A model generated the notes under the pieces. That model did not search any database. It was not told the DNA's origin and worked only from the letters and a program-made list of their open reading frames with translations. A DNA stretch of 64,000 nt. Source: the human T2T-CHM13v2.0 reference genome, Homo sapiens. Position 1 is the stretch's first letter, and each line of letters starts with the position of its first letter. The stretch lies in NCBI RefSeq assembly GCF_009914755.1, contig NC_060930.1; one strand, given 5' to 3'. Position numbers and translations under genes: made by a program. Shown in pieces: positions 27,500 to 40,700 of the stretch.

Positions 27500-28660
27500 C
27501 AGTATATATAATATATAGTGTATATATAATATATAGTATATATATTATATATTTATATATTTATATATAATTTATATATAATATATATTATATAATATAT
27601 AATATATTATATTATATATTATATAATATATAATATTATATATAATAACATAATATATAATATAAATATATATTATAGCATATAATATATAATACAAATA
27701 TATATTATAGCATATAATATATAATACAAATATATATATTATAACATATAATATATAATACAAATATATATAACATATAATATATAATATAAATATATAT
27801 TATAACATATAATATAAATATATATTATAACATATGATACATATATATATTATAACATATGATATAAATATATATAATAGCATATAATATATAATATAAA
27901 TATATATTATAACATATAATATATAATATAAATATATATATTATAACAGATAATATAAATATATATATATTATAACATATAATATATAATATAAATATAT
28001 ATTATAACATATAATATAAATATATATTATAACATATAATATATAATATAAATATATATATTATAACATAATATATAATATAAATATATATATTATAACA
28101 TATAATATATAATATAAATATATATATTATAACATATAATATATAATATAAATATATATTATAACATATAATATATAACTATATTATAACATATAATATA
28201 TAACTATATTATAACATATAATATATAACTATAATATATTATAACATATAATATATAACTATAATATATTATAACATATAATATATAACTATATTATAAC
28301 ATAATATATAACTATAATATATTATAACATATAATATATAACTATATTATAACATATAATATATAAGTATAATATATTATAACATATAATATATAATATA
28401 AGTATAATATATTATAACATATAATATATAATATAACTATAATATATTATACCATATAATATATAATATAACTATAATATACCATATACTATATAATATA
28501 ACTATAATATATTATAACATATAATATATAATATAACTATAGTATATTATAACATATAATATAAATATAATATATTATAACATAATATAAATATAATATA
28601 TTATAACATATAATATATAATATAGATAATGATAATAAATATAACCTATAACATATTATC
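27500..28660. repeat. ~1.2 kb AT-rich minisatellite, units ~23-37 bp built on TAACATATAATATATAA(T/C)...ATATTA
   Basis: Tandem units such as ataacatataatatataatataaatatatatt seen directly; almost no G/C. Confidence 0.95.
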
Positions 28661-29129
28661 ATGATATGTATATAATCATGATTATGTACATAATCATGAT
28701 AATAGGTAACCTCTGACCTCTGGCCTCCTCATAGGAGTGGTGGGGACTATGTTTATATGAGATCTTTAGCTTCATCTAAAAGGCACAGGCTACTGTCCAG
28801 AGTCACAAAATTGCAAGGTTAGTGTTGGAAGATCTTTGAACAGTTCAAGAGAAACCAGAAATACAAACCGGCATGTATGATCTATGGACTTAAACACTGA
28901 CAATTAAATTTAATTCTTTTTAAAGCAAAAGAAATATGAGGATCAAATAGAACTTACTTGTGTGATAGTTCTACTTGAAGGATCTTCAGTTTTCAAAATC
29001 TCATACAAAGGATGTCTTTTAGGCATTCAGTTCATACTTCCTAAGGCCTCACTAACTCAGAATTCTTTAATTTTACAAGTCGGAAAACTGTTTCTTTTCT
29101 GTAGCCATCGAATTCTTCCTTTCTTTTAT

Positions 29130-29460
29130 TAATTTATTCATTCAGTGTCTACTCTGTACTGGTTGGGTCCTATGCTAAGTACAGAACAACTAACAACGAG
29201 TTAGTTTTAGTTATTTATAATCTATGACTTCCAATGGCATCTAGTCTTGTAATGACAACATTAGACTTATGAAACAGACAGTATTTGATGTGGGTATTGC
29301 TGCAATAATTTGTAATGTCGCTTTTGAGGGATGGTCTTGAGAAGGTTATGCTCTGTCTTAGCAGTTCAGAAATCTAAGTGGAGAGACAGAAGCAGAAGGT
29401 ACAGATGACTGAAGACAAATGGTGTGAAGGAGGTTGACAAGAGGATGTGGTTGAACATAA
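29130..29460 (-). mobile_element. L2 fragment
   Basis: tttattcattcagtgtctactctgtactggttgggtcctatgcta. Confidence 0.5.
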
Positions 29461-30072
29461 AAGCAATCCTAAAGAAGTGAATTCTGGATGGAATGTATGG
29501 CACCCATGGTGATTTTAAAATGTTAAAACTTCCCGTAACACTCCCTCAGCTTCACAATTTCGGGCAGTCCAGAAAACATACTTTATCTCCACTCAAAAAG
29601 AGAGAACTGTTTCACAAAAGCTAAAGCTCTAAATTTCATGTCTTGTGTACATTAAAGACTTAATTAACTGATTTAACCACATTTTGCCTATTTTTTTTCT
29701 AGTTGTTACATTTTCATTTCTTCAGTTGGTGTGAGGGGATTTTATCTCTTTGTGAGTGTGGTTTATATTAACTTGGAAGAGGCAGTGATATTTTTGAGCA
29801 TGCTAGTGACAAACACTTCACAAGGCTTTATGTTAGTTTGGTGGCAGCTGTGACCAAAAGTGTAATAAAAATCAACTGAATGTTTTATTCAAATGTGTTT
29901 ATCCAACAGTGGTGAGTGAACAAAGGTTGGGTTAATCTGTTATACAATATCTAGGACTGGATTTTCTATCCAGGATGAAAAGCGTGCTTTGTCTCAATTC
30001 TCTTGAATTTTCCATTTCATTTATCTTTCCATGTTAAATAATGCTCTCATGTTAATATCAGTAACTTTTTAG

Positions 30073-30516
<444 letters not shown>

Positions 30517-30813
30517 AGTACTTGTTTTAATGCTTAGTTTCACTGTTTCCATTCTGACTGGCAAAATTTTCATACTGTGTGTTATTGTCCTCCCCATTTG
30601 ACATCTCTAGTCCTCATGCATTACAAAGCCTCTGCAGTTGGCAGAGGTTTTAGCATTCAACATTTCTCTCTGTTCCCAGTTTTTCTTCCTTAATCAACAA
30701 AATAGCAACATATCTACCCTCTGCTTCTTTGCTCATCCTGGAAAGTAGGAAGGCTAGAGTTACCCAGAAAACTTGAGTCTATTGTATTTTCTGAGATCAT
30801 ATTTTTATTAGAA

Positions 30814-30900
30814 TCTTCTTTTTTTTTCCTCCCTCCCTCCCTTCCTTCCTTCCTTCCTTCCTTCCTTCCCTTCCTCCCTCCCTTCCCCCCCGACTTTCCT
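30814..30900 (+). repeat. (CCTT)n/(CCCT)n polypyrimidine tract
   Basis: ccttccttccttccttcc seen directly. Confidence 0.9.
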
Positions 30901-30929
30901 GCCCTGCCGCCACATCTCTCATGCATTAT

Positions 30930-31530
30930 TTAAATATCTTCCAATCCACATATTTCGATATTTTGCACATCAGCCACAGTAACTTTTTTTGAAATGAGAA
31001 ATCTGACCACATGACCACACGTGTCCCCTACTTAAAGTACTTGAACGACTTCTCACTGCCTAAGATAATTAAGCTCAGACTCCTCATCTGACATATAAGC
31101 TCCATTATACTGTGTCTCTTGTGTGGCCTTTCATAGTTATACCAGCCAGCCCTGAGATGCTCTTGGTCTGAGAATGGGACACCCTTGACTTCAGTGCCTG
31201 GCTTTTCCCTTTACTATATGTCATACTCCATTCACTTCCCCTGTCTCTCTGTCTTCCCTGCTTCTTTTTCCTGCATAACTTCCCATGGGCATATTGCCAC
31301 CTCATACTTGCTTTGAGAGCACAGTCTCTGCATACTCTCAGTCTAGATTCCAGCATGGATGTTCCACTCACTAGTTTTGGGCCTTGAACAAGTTATTCTA
31401 CCTCTCAGTGCTTTAGTTTCCTCATCTGTGAAACAGAGTATTACTAGTGCTCACCTTACCAGGTTGTTGTGAAAACTAAATGAACAAACCCATATAAAGA
31501 ATTTATTATGTGAGTATGTAATAAATTATT
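30930..31530 (+). mobile_element. L2 fragment followed by MIR (~31330-31530)
   Basis: aaatctgaccacatg...ccctacttaaa; ccttgaacaagttattctacctctcagtgctttagtttcctcatctgtgaaa. Confidence 0.65.
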
Positions 31531-33408
31531 ATGACTAAATCCATAAATCTTCACAACACATTAATATCACATTTTTAGTCAGCTTAAGAATATTAAAAAG
31601 GCAAATCTACTGTGATAAAAGATCATAAACAGAAGAAAGCATGCCAAAGCTAAATATAAATGATTTGAGGATTACCAATTCATTAGGATCAGTCATTTTC
31701 TGTTCTCTTTCATTGATTAGGATAATCAACACATAGTTTTTGAAATTCAAGATTAAAATAAAATGGATTAAAATTACTGAATACCTGTATTAGAAAGGAA
31801 GAATGGAATATAACAGTAGGCATCACATAATGACTCGATTGCTTTTCTAATCTCAGTTGAATGCTTTATTGGGATATTACCAAGATTTTAAAATTTCAAG
31901 ATGATTCTTCTTTTCTGTTTTAGGAGATTAGAAGGTTGGACGTTTGACATTGTACAAACTGTGATGATTCATATAGATATTGTACTACTTAACCTACTTA
32001 TACCAATGACTGTGCTATTTCCAGGATAAATCACTTGGGTTTGAAGTTTGAAGCAGTACCTAGAGTCTGATCCTAAGCCATACTTAGGATCTCAGGAGAC
32101 TCTGATGAACAGGAGAAAGTAGGTGCTTCCAGCTGCTTCCTGGAATTCTATTTAGATTTCTAGTTGGCTCTAGGGCCAGATCATGCTTCTATTTAAAGCA
32201 ATGGTCTCAGGCAGCTAGAAGGAGTCCTGTTGCTATGATACCCAAAGGATTTTATAGTTGGGAACAGAGTGTAAGGGCTTGGATTTAGTGAAGCTATAAC
32301 TTTAAACAAAAACTGGCTCCATTCTTGAATGTCTGTTGGAACAAAGGGAAACCTGAGGAAATGTCAGGTGGAGACCTCCTTGGCCTCCCTAGCAGCCAAG
32401 GTTAGAGTCTTCCCCTGGGTAGGCTAAATTACTGGCCTCCTTCAAATTGCTCTGGGGGTTTAAGAGCTGATCTCTGTCCATGGACTTTTTGCCCAAAGCA
32501 AGACCCTGTTGAAAGTGAAAGGGGTCCAATCATTTCAATAGCCCTGGTTTGCCGGGAAGGATGGCAGAAATAAGAAATATTCCTGTCAAACTGGATCTGT
32601 GGTGATTCTAAAGCTGGAGCTAGGATAAATGGTTAATACCAAAAAAGGGTAAACAGATTTCATTACAAACGTTTGCTCTCCCCTTCTCTTTGTGTGTGTC
32701 TCTTAGGTTGTCTCTTTCTTGCATATTGATGACTTTCTTCTATCTTATGAAGTTTATGTGTAGCTCTCAGAAGACCCACATAGCAATAAAAATTCCCACA
32801 TAACAAAAGACCTTCTCTTCTGTTAAAGTGTCTCTATGATATAAATTACATTATAATAACATCACCTGGTGAGATTACAATGTTTATGAAGTCTGTATGT
32901 ATTGAGATTATTAATAGTCACAATAAAGCACAATATTTTACATTTCCAGTAAGTACTGTCTATAGATGCATCTACACTTACCGTGGGTCTGAACATGACT
33001 TGTTGCTGTTGCTTTGGAGCTTTTCAGTTAGAGGCCTATTATCTGAGAGGTGAAGCATAAATTTAACTTTGTTTCCTCTCTATGAAATCTGTTAGTGCAT
33101 TTTGACGATTCCTTCATTACATACATAATTAATGAAGGCCTATGCTATATGCTAAGCACTGTTAGAGTTGATGTGTGACATAAAAATAAATAAGATGTGG
33201 TCTTATACACAGAGTACTCACCCTCTGCCAAAATATCTTCCTTTTGTCTTTTAGTGACAATTGAATCTTAGTGTTTATACTTGGTAGAATCCACTGTTAT
33301 CTGCAATAAAATATTTATGTCATTGTCAATCTGTTTAAATGAAATTTTAACATTTATTTTTTTCTCACTTCTACTCCTGATCATATCCTGGGCATCTTTT
33401 CTGTGAAG

Positions 33409-33462
33409 CTGAGTCATCCAATGGTGGCTATTCCTGAACATGAAGCTCTTGATTCCAAAGAG
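33409..33462 (+). CDS. MLIP: MLIP penultimate coding exon, 54 nt, phase 0/0: LSHPMVAIPEHEALDSKE
   Basis: Acceptor ttttctgtgaag|, donor GAG|gtaaat; continues the previous exon in frame; peptide recognised as the MLIP C-terminus. Confidence 0.9.
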
Positions 33463-34479
33463 GTAAATGTAAGATAGGACTGGATATCTAATTATCCATT
33501 TCTGTGTGATTATAGAAATAAACCAATCTTATTTTTTTAATGTTAACAAAATTGTGCTTTTATAACAAAAGAAAGAATTATTACTAACTGTTTCACTCTG
33601 TCAGTCACAAGGATTTGATAGTGAAATAAGTAAATTCTTGCTGCCTCTCAATGTAGAAGGTAGCACTAGAGTTCCCCGTGTCTGATACCTGGACCACAAA
33701 CCAACTCCTACCCCAAGTGCCTGTCTTTGTGATTTCCTTTTTGGGTTCATATGTGAAATCACCATTGTCTTCTTTCTCTAGAGGGTCAATGGATGTCCCA
33801 TAATCCATATGGTGTGTTTTCAGGGTCAGAGTCACAGTATCTCATGGTATCTCAGTTTCAGTTCATAGGAAGATGAGTGCTAGGCTCACTGAGCACCCCC
33901 AACCCCACCTTCCCCAAGTGAATTTTATATATGGCATGCAGCTTTTAGACAAAGGCATATCAGCTCAATCATAGCCTCTACATTTCATGTAAATGTTTAT
34001 CTAAAGTTTTGAGCTGATAAGTAAAAAGTAAATTCAAACAACTTTCTTTTTTTAAAAAAATGCTATACCACAGAAACAAAGAAAAATTCTGTAAAGAAAT
34101 GTTCTCATTATGGTTTACTTTTGTATTCCTCAAGAGCAAGAATAACTGAACAGTGTTTTCTTCTTTACATCCCCTCAGATAAAGTGGAAAATAGGAGAAA
34201 AAAAGTGATTTTAAAAAACTTATCTCTGAGAAGGGACTGGGTGAGCTCACACATTCATTTAAAATACCCTCACAAAAGAAGTATGCTTAATTTTGCAGCC
34301 TCCAAGTTTAGGAAGAAACAAGCATAATATAAAAGAGAAGTAAGAATAATAAAATTCCACGTATAATTTGAATTTTGTTTTCCAAGCCATATTTTCCACA
34401 ATTTAGGGCATACTATCTACATTTCCTAAACTGGCATCCCTATTTCTGCAAATTTAAAAAGCTCTGTCATAGTATAAGA

Positions 34480-35170
34480 CTGATGTGGCTTTTTGCTGTA
34501 ACATTAGTCATTAAAATATAAAGTTGTGTTATGAATAGGTATGCATTTATATCCTTGACCACATCTCTGGTTACTTTTTAAGATAATATTGTAAAAATAG
34601 GATTATTGGTTTTATGATTATGAACATATGGAAGACTCTCAACACATGTAGCCAAATTGCTGTCCTGGAAAATTGTAGTAATTTACCACATGAGGAGTGT
34701 GTTATAATAATATCTGTCTCCATGCAGTCTTGGCAGCATTGAGAATTATTATAATTCCCAGTTTATTGAGAGGTTACTATACATTAGAAACAGTGTTATG
34801 CACTTTGTTTTACTTAATTTTCATAAAACATTCTTAAGTTAACTACTATTATTATTCTTTTTAGAGATGAGGAAACTAAAGCTGCAGGAACTTAATCTAT
34901 TGTCTAAAGTCAAATAGCTAGGAAGTGTCTCCACAATCAGAAATTGAATCCAAATCTGACAGCCTGCAGTCTGTGCCTCTTGGGCACTCTATTATTCTCT
35001 GTCTGGTATCTAAATTAATCTAAATTAGGATTTTTAATTTAGATAAAGATATTTATCCAAATTTCTCTATTTAAATTTATATTTCTATCTATATGATCTA
35101 ATTCTTTCTCTTTTAAAATCACGTTTAAAATACTTGCCAAATTAAAAGGGAAAGTTACTTTTTAATATTA
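34480..35170 (-). mobile_element. L1ME 3' fragment with nested MIR (~34760-34990)
   Basis: tagccaaattgctgtcctggaaaattgtagtaatttac; ttagagatgaggaaactaaagct. Confidence 0.55.
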
Positions 35171-36404
35171 ATTTGCATGTTAAAATTCTGTATTTCTTCT
35201 GTTATTTTTGTCTTTTTAAATCTATTTTGTTTTTGCATTATCTTATGCATTTATTGGTATGGTAATATATTTTTGTTGAGTGGTAAACTCCATTTTTATA
35301 TATTAAAGTTAATAACTTTTTGTCAAATGTGTTAGCTCTTTCAGTATGATAGTGGCAAATTGTGTAATAGTGAAAAATTAGAAAAATATATACTTTCAGA
35401 AATAGAAGAATGATTAAATAGATTTTGCCCATTTCAGATGAATATAAAAAATAGGAAACTTTGTATTTCTTTCAAATACAATAATTTTGGTTCAAGTTCA
35501 CATTGACTATATCTACACAATAAGAGTGTTCCTACACAAAAAAGAGAAAATGAATTGGTTATTTAAATTACAAAAACAGCCAGTTCAGATAATAAATTGA
35601 GAACTACTGAATGTTAGGTAATGCAAAAGACTTTGTGAGCCAAAGAGAATGGTATAGATGTAGTACTTGCATTTTTTCACACCAATTATCACAACCCTGG
35701 AGACAAAACTTAAAATTAAGATAGTGGATAAGATTGCCATAAAATGATTTTGATTCAGGTTTGGAATATACGAAAAATGTCATTTACAGTTTGAAGTTTA
35801 ACATTTGTGAGAGACAATACCTATTATTAGTAAAAAATGTAAATAATTAAGGAAAAGGCCATTTTGTGATTCCAGTGTTCTGTATTTTACTTCTTAGTAA
35901 TATTGGCACATTTTGGAGCAATTTAGCAACTTTTTACAACTTCTTATGATGTGTGGTCAGACCAATATTGACCAATATATTTCCCCCAAACCTTTTCTCT
36001 GTTATTTATTTACCTTCAACAACAACCAAGAAACATCAGTTTTATAAAGCAATTCTGTTCTTATGACTATATGACCTAAAGGAATAAACCATTTCAGTTA
36101 CAAACCCAGTGCAAATAAAAAATTATGGAAAAGCCCTTGATGGTATCTCATTATTTTCCTCTTGGTTTTTCTTTCATTTCCTAAAGACATTAGTTTGTCT
36201 TGCTTACTACCAGACTGTCATTTCTTGAATCAAATCAGGCTATTTGTAGATACTACCTTTTTAAAATTAACTCAGTAATTCATTTAAATACAAACAGATG
36301 TTAGATATATCAGATTTGACTTACTCATCATTTTTGTAACTCACATCATTTCTAAAGTTCATTTAAAAGGAACTAACTCAAAAAAAAAAATTCCACTTAA
36401 CATC

Positions 36405-36612
36405 TAGCTCAGTGGTTCTCAACCCTGGCTGAACATTAGAATCATCTGTAATTGACTTTTGAAACACACCAATGATAAATATACTTCCTTGTCATATGAC
36501 AGAAATCCATTCCAGACAAATTAATAAATCAAGAAACTTTATAGGTGACAAAGGTATTTGTATGTTTTAAAATCTCTTCAGATTATTCAAATATGCATCA
36601 AAGTTTGAGATC
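36405..36612. mobile_element. MER5-like hAT-Charlie
   Basis: cagtggttctcaaccctggctgaacattagaatcatctg ... cagattattcaaatatgcatcaaagtttgaga. Confidence 0.65.
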
Positions 36613-38265
36613 TTCAAATTATAGTTCCTTCATTGGCAGTCTAGGAAGGCCAATCAAATAAATCCATCATTCAACCCTGAAAACACAAAATAGAAAGTAA
36701 AAGTAGGAGGATCATGAAAGAATTTGTTGCAGTGAATGATTTCAATTTCTAAAAACTTGAGTGACAACAAATTCCTGTCCAAAGGCTTAAATGAATAACA
36801 TGTGCTTTAATTTGTGGTAGATTAATTTTGAGAGATCTGTTCTGTGTTGAGATCCACTGTAATTTCATTAGTAAAATTTAATACTTTATTTTTGTTTGCC
36901 TTGACATTCCATACAAGGTTTGGAAATTGCTTAGGATGGGGCTGGCATAGCATTTGGTGCAAGCCGAGTCTGGAGGCTTAGGGCATTCCAAACAGTGTTT
37001 TATTTGTACTTTATATGACACTTAAAATACATGGTCACTGATGAAACTCCATACAAGCAGATGAGATCTGTAAATAATTGATTTGACCATTGTGTCAGCT
37101 CATTTTCAAAGAAGAATACTTTCATAGATTTTTACTGTTCACACCAATGCAGTAATTTCTAAGAAGGTGAATATTTAACACCATACAGGCAGAGCATACT
37201 CGTTGACTAAGATAAATGATTTCTGAGTTGAGTTACTTAGGAGAAAATTAAATTCTAGTAGTGACAATTATTTTTTATTGTATTTCTCATCTTGTAAGTT
37301 CAGCAACTCTTCTATCCACAACCACTCCATAAACTACTTCTCCTTCTGCAGACTTGTTTGTGAAAGTCATACTGCAGAATGAGATATAAACAGACCGCCC
37401 CTCTTTGTATTACCTGCTACATGCAGCCCTATGACTACTGCATTTTATTTTCAAATTGAAGATCAATTGATTTCCCAAAACATGATTAGATGCATTTGGT
37501 TCTGACCTTTCAGGTTCATTTGTTATTAACACAACTTGAGAGCTAATCGTTCACTAGCTGCCCATAAAACACATGCTAGGCAAATTCTTGTGTTTTCTTA
37601 TTCCTTCTCTTTGCAGATTTTTGATAAACATTTAATGGTTTACAACATAACAATTCTGTTAGCAAGGTGACTATGACTGATTTGCCACTTTGGTGGTATA
37701 TAAGCTTTCTGAGTTTATTTTATTTTGAATTTCAGAACCTCCACTGATGTCTAAGGTTCTAAGAGTATAAAGCAGCCATCCCATTCCTCTGACTTTATCC
37801 TCTGGATGAGAACATAGAAAAGAGAAAATAAATTACTTGCCCGTGGAAGCCACTCTCATTTTCTGGTTTGATTCAAGGGTAAAAATAAAATTATCAAGAG
37901 AAAAAGGCCCACTCTATTCTTTTCAGGCAATTTTCCAAAACATTATTTCTCAAAATGAAGCTTTGATACATCTTGGATTGCTGAGAGTTGAAGGTTGTAA
38001 TCTTAGGCAAGAATTTGGAATCTGGATATTATTACCTGTTGATTAAAAGAAGATTCCTATGCATTGATAGACAAATGGCTACAGGGCCAGGGTAAATTTG
38101 TCTTATAAAAATAAAGACACCTGATACAGGTACCTGAGTAGATAGCCACCTTTCCCAGTCATCAGGTGAGCAGGGAAATAATAAAGGAAAGGATATTCCT
38201 ATACTCGGATTTGATAGCAATGGACCCATCAAAATGACTTTCTTGTGTTGTAAGCCCCCAACCTG

Positions 38266-38977
38266 TGTTGGGGAAATGTAATTTAAAAACAGAACAAAAC
38301 AAAACCTTTCTGCTAACCCAGAAGTTCCCTTCACTAGGGTAGTAGAGAAAGAAAACCCTTTTTGTTATTGAATAACATTGAACCAGAATGTGATGTGCAT
38401 CATAGGCAATCTGCTAATAGACTGCAAAGACGAGAAGAAATCTCACCCTTCGTATAGCCAAGGAGATAGACTCCATTTTATACATATTCTCAAGATCAAC
38501 AATAATTAAGTTGGTCCTCAAGTAAGAAAAAAATGACAGCATCGTTAATTATACATAGTTCATCTTAAGTTCACCTGGAATTTGGGATGACAATCTGTGT
38601 CTGGCTTTACACAAGGTAAAGTAAACTTCTCATATCTTTAGGACATGGGGTCGTTTCATAACTTTGAGCCAGGCTTGAGCTAAAGTTAGAGTCTTATCCT
38701 CCCTGGAAACTGGCAGATGGGGATGATGTCTTTCTTGGTTGTTTACATTTAAAGGACATGGTTCTCAAGTCCTTGAAAGAGACTTTTCAGGGCCTGACAA
38801 AAGGCCCACCTGTTTTCAAAAGAATTTGTATACATTTCAAAGAGAGGAGAAAGTACTTACAATGATGAGTTTTCTAAAGTAAATGCTTTAAGAAAAAGAA
38901 GGAGGAGGGAAATCTCTCCCCTTATGCTCAGCAGCAAGAATTAAGCCTTTCTTTTTGAATTTCCAATTGTTCTTACA
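38266..38977. mobile_element. ERV1 solo LTR (MER39/MER34-like)
   Basis: tgttgggg...ttcttaca ends; 4-bp TSD cctg/cttg; ccagaatgtgatgtgcatcataggcaatctgctaa motif. Confidence 0.65.
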
Positions 38978-40519
38978 CTTGGTTGGCAAGAACCAGAATT
39001 AAAATCAGAGAGAGTCTGGTTCTGAAGTAGCCAATAAAAAGAAACAGGTCTCATTTATTTTTCTCTTCTAGAAACTCAGTTAAATCTACTATAGGAGAAG
39101 TGGGCGTTTGACAATTTTGGGGTCTCTCCTTCAAAGTCATCTCAACAGATTAAAGTTGGGTTTGATATTGTAGTGAGTCATTGTCAAGTTGAGCAGAAGT
39201 CAGGAACTAAAAGGACCCACAACTCCTCTGTGTGGTGGCTTGGGAAGACTATTTCTAGTTTCCAAGAGAAACAAACAAAACACTAAGATCAGGGTTAATA
39301 ATTATTTGGAACTCACATCATTCAGATGTCACATGGTTTTGACCCCAGATTCAACATTTTACTCTTTAGAGTCCATTGTACCTGCATCCTTTATCTATGA
39401 GGCTGCCTTTATAGGACCTTAATTACTGAACGTTTTATAGCTTCTGGCTTATGGATAATAAACTCTGATACCAGATTTTATCTTTTTTCACCAAAGTCAA
39501 TAGTTACATAAATGCACAAAACATTTGAAATCTTTCAGGAAAAAAAAAGAACATGCAGCATTTAATCATATTATGATACACATTTCTTGGAAATGGCTTT
39601 TTGTTCTCAATACATGCAGCCTAATTTCATATTCACAAGAACACATGTGTAGGTTATTTTGTTTTCATTTTGCAGTAAAGAATATGCATATTTGATGTTG
39701 CATTTAATGGGAATGAAAAACCAACTCACACAGCACATTCTTTTAAAAAATGCTTTCTGTAACATTGGCTTAATGTTTCAGAAGAATATATTACCTATTA
39801 CCCAAGGTTAACTCTGAATTTAAAAAAAAACCAAGATTTTGAGTTTGACTGTGTTCCAGAATTATGACTTCCAAAGCATCTTAAGTTCTTTCTTGCTTGT
39901 ATTTTCTTATATCCAAAATAAGTGTGTTGTTTCATTGGCAATATAATAAAATACTGAGCCTTAACTGCCAGTGTGCTAGTTTGAAAATAGAATTGATTTA
40001 TTTGTTGATGATTCTCACTTTTCTTACATGTTCACCTTTGTTATTCCCAAGTTTTTTAGCTCTTTACCTATAATGAGATTGGCAAATAAACCCAGTAAAA
40101 ACTTCACAAAGTGTCTAAAACGATGGCTGTAGCTGTCATAGCATAGTACAACTTTTCCAACTGGCTGCTAAATTGTGGGGCCAAACATTTATTTGACCTG
40201 CTGGTGGGTTCGGGAAGAGCTGAGAAATAGTGCTAAGCTTGCTGGCATGGCATCAGAGGATGATCTGCCTATGGTGCTTCAATCTGATTTAATGATTCCT
40301 ATTATAATAAAATTTTATATTTCAGAGGGAACTTAGAAGGCATTTATTCCAATATTTTATTTAATGTTATAATCCCATCTACATCATATATGCTCATATA
40401 TCTTCTATTGAACCTCTCCTGGTAACAGAGTTCACCATTTCAGAAGCCAAACTCAATATAGGTTTTAGTTTGACTAAGACAAACTAAGTAATGGCTATGT
40501 GAACAACAAAAGCAAATAT

Positions 40520-40700
40520 AAAACGTGGAATAAGCTGGGGTTTAATTTGGAGCACTATGACCTTGGGTGTGATATTGACTCCTTCTGAGCTTCAATTTTA
40601 TTCTTTGTAAAATGGAATCAAATGATCGTGAAGGTCTGCCTAAGTGTATGTAAAGTGCTTAGCATATAAAATACATGGCACTTAAAAAGTATTAGCCAAA
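40520..40700 (+). mobile_element. MIR
   Basis: tatgaccttggg...ttctgagcttcaattttattctttgtaaaatgg; tatgtaaagtgcttagca. Confidence 0.65.

Noticed and set aside
27500-28660. Array as CRISPR-like or coding (ORF 27572-27763)
   Set aside because: Head-to-tail low-complexity units with no unique spacers; mammalian context.
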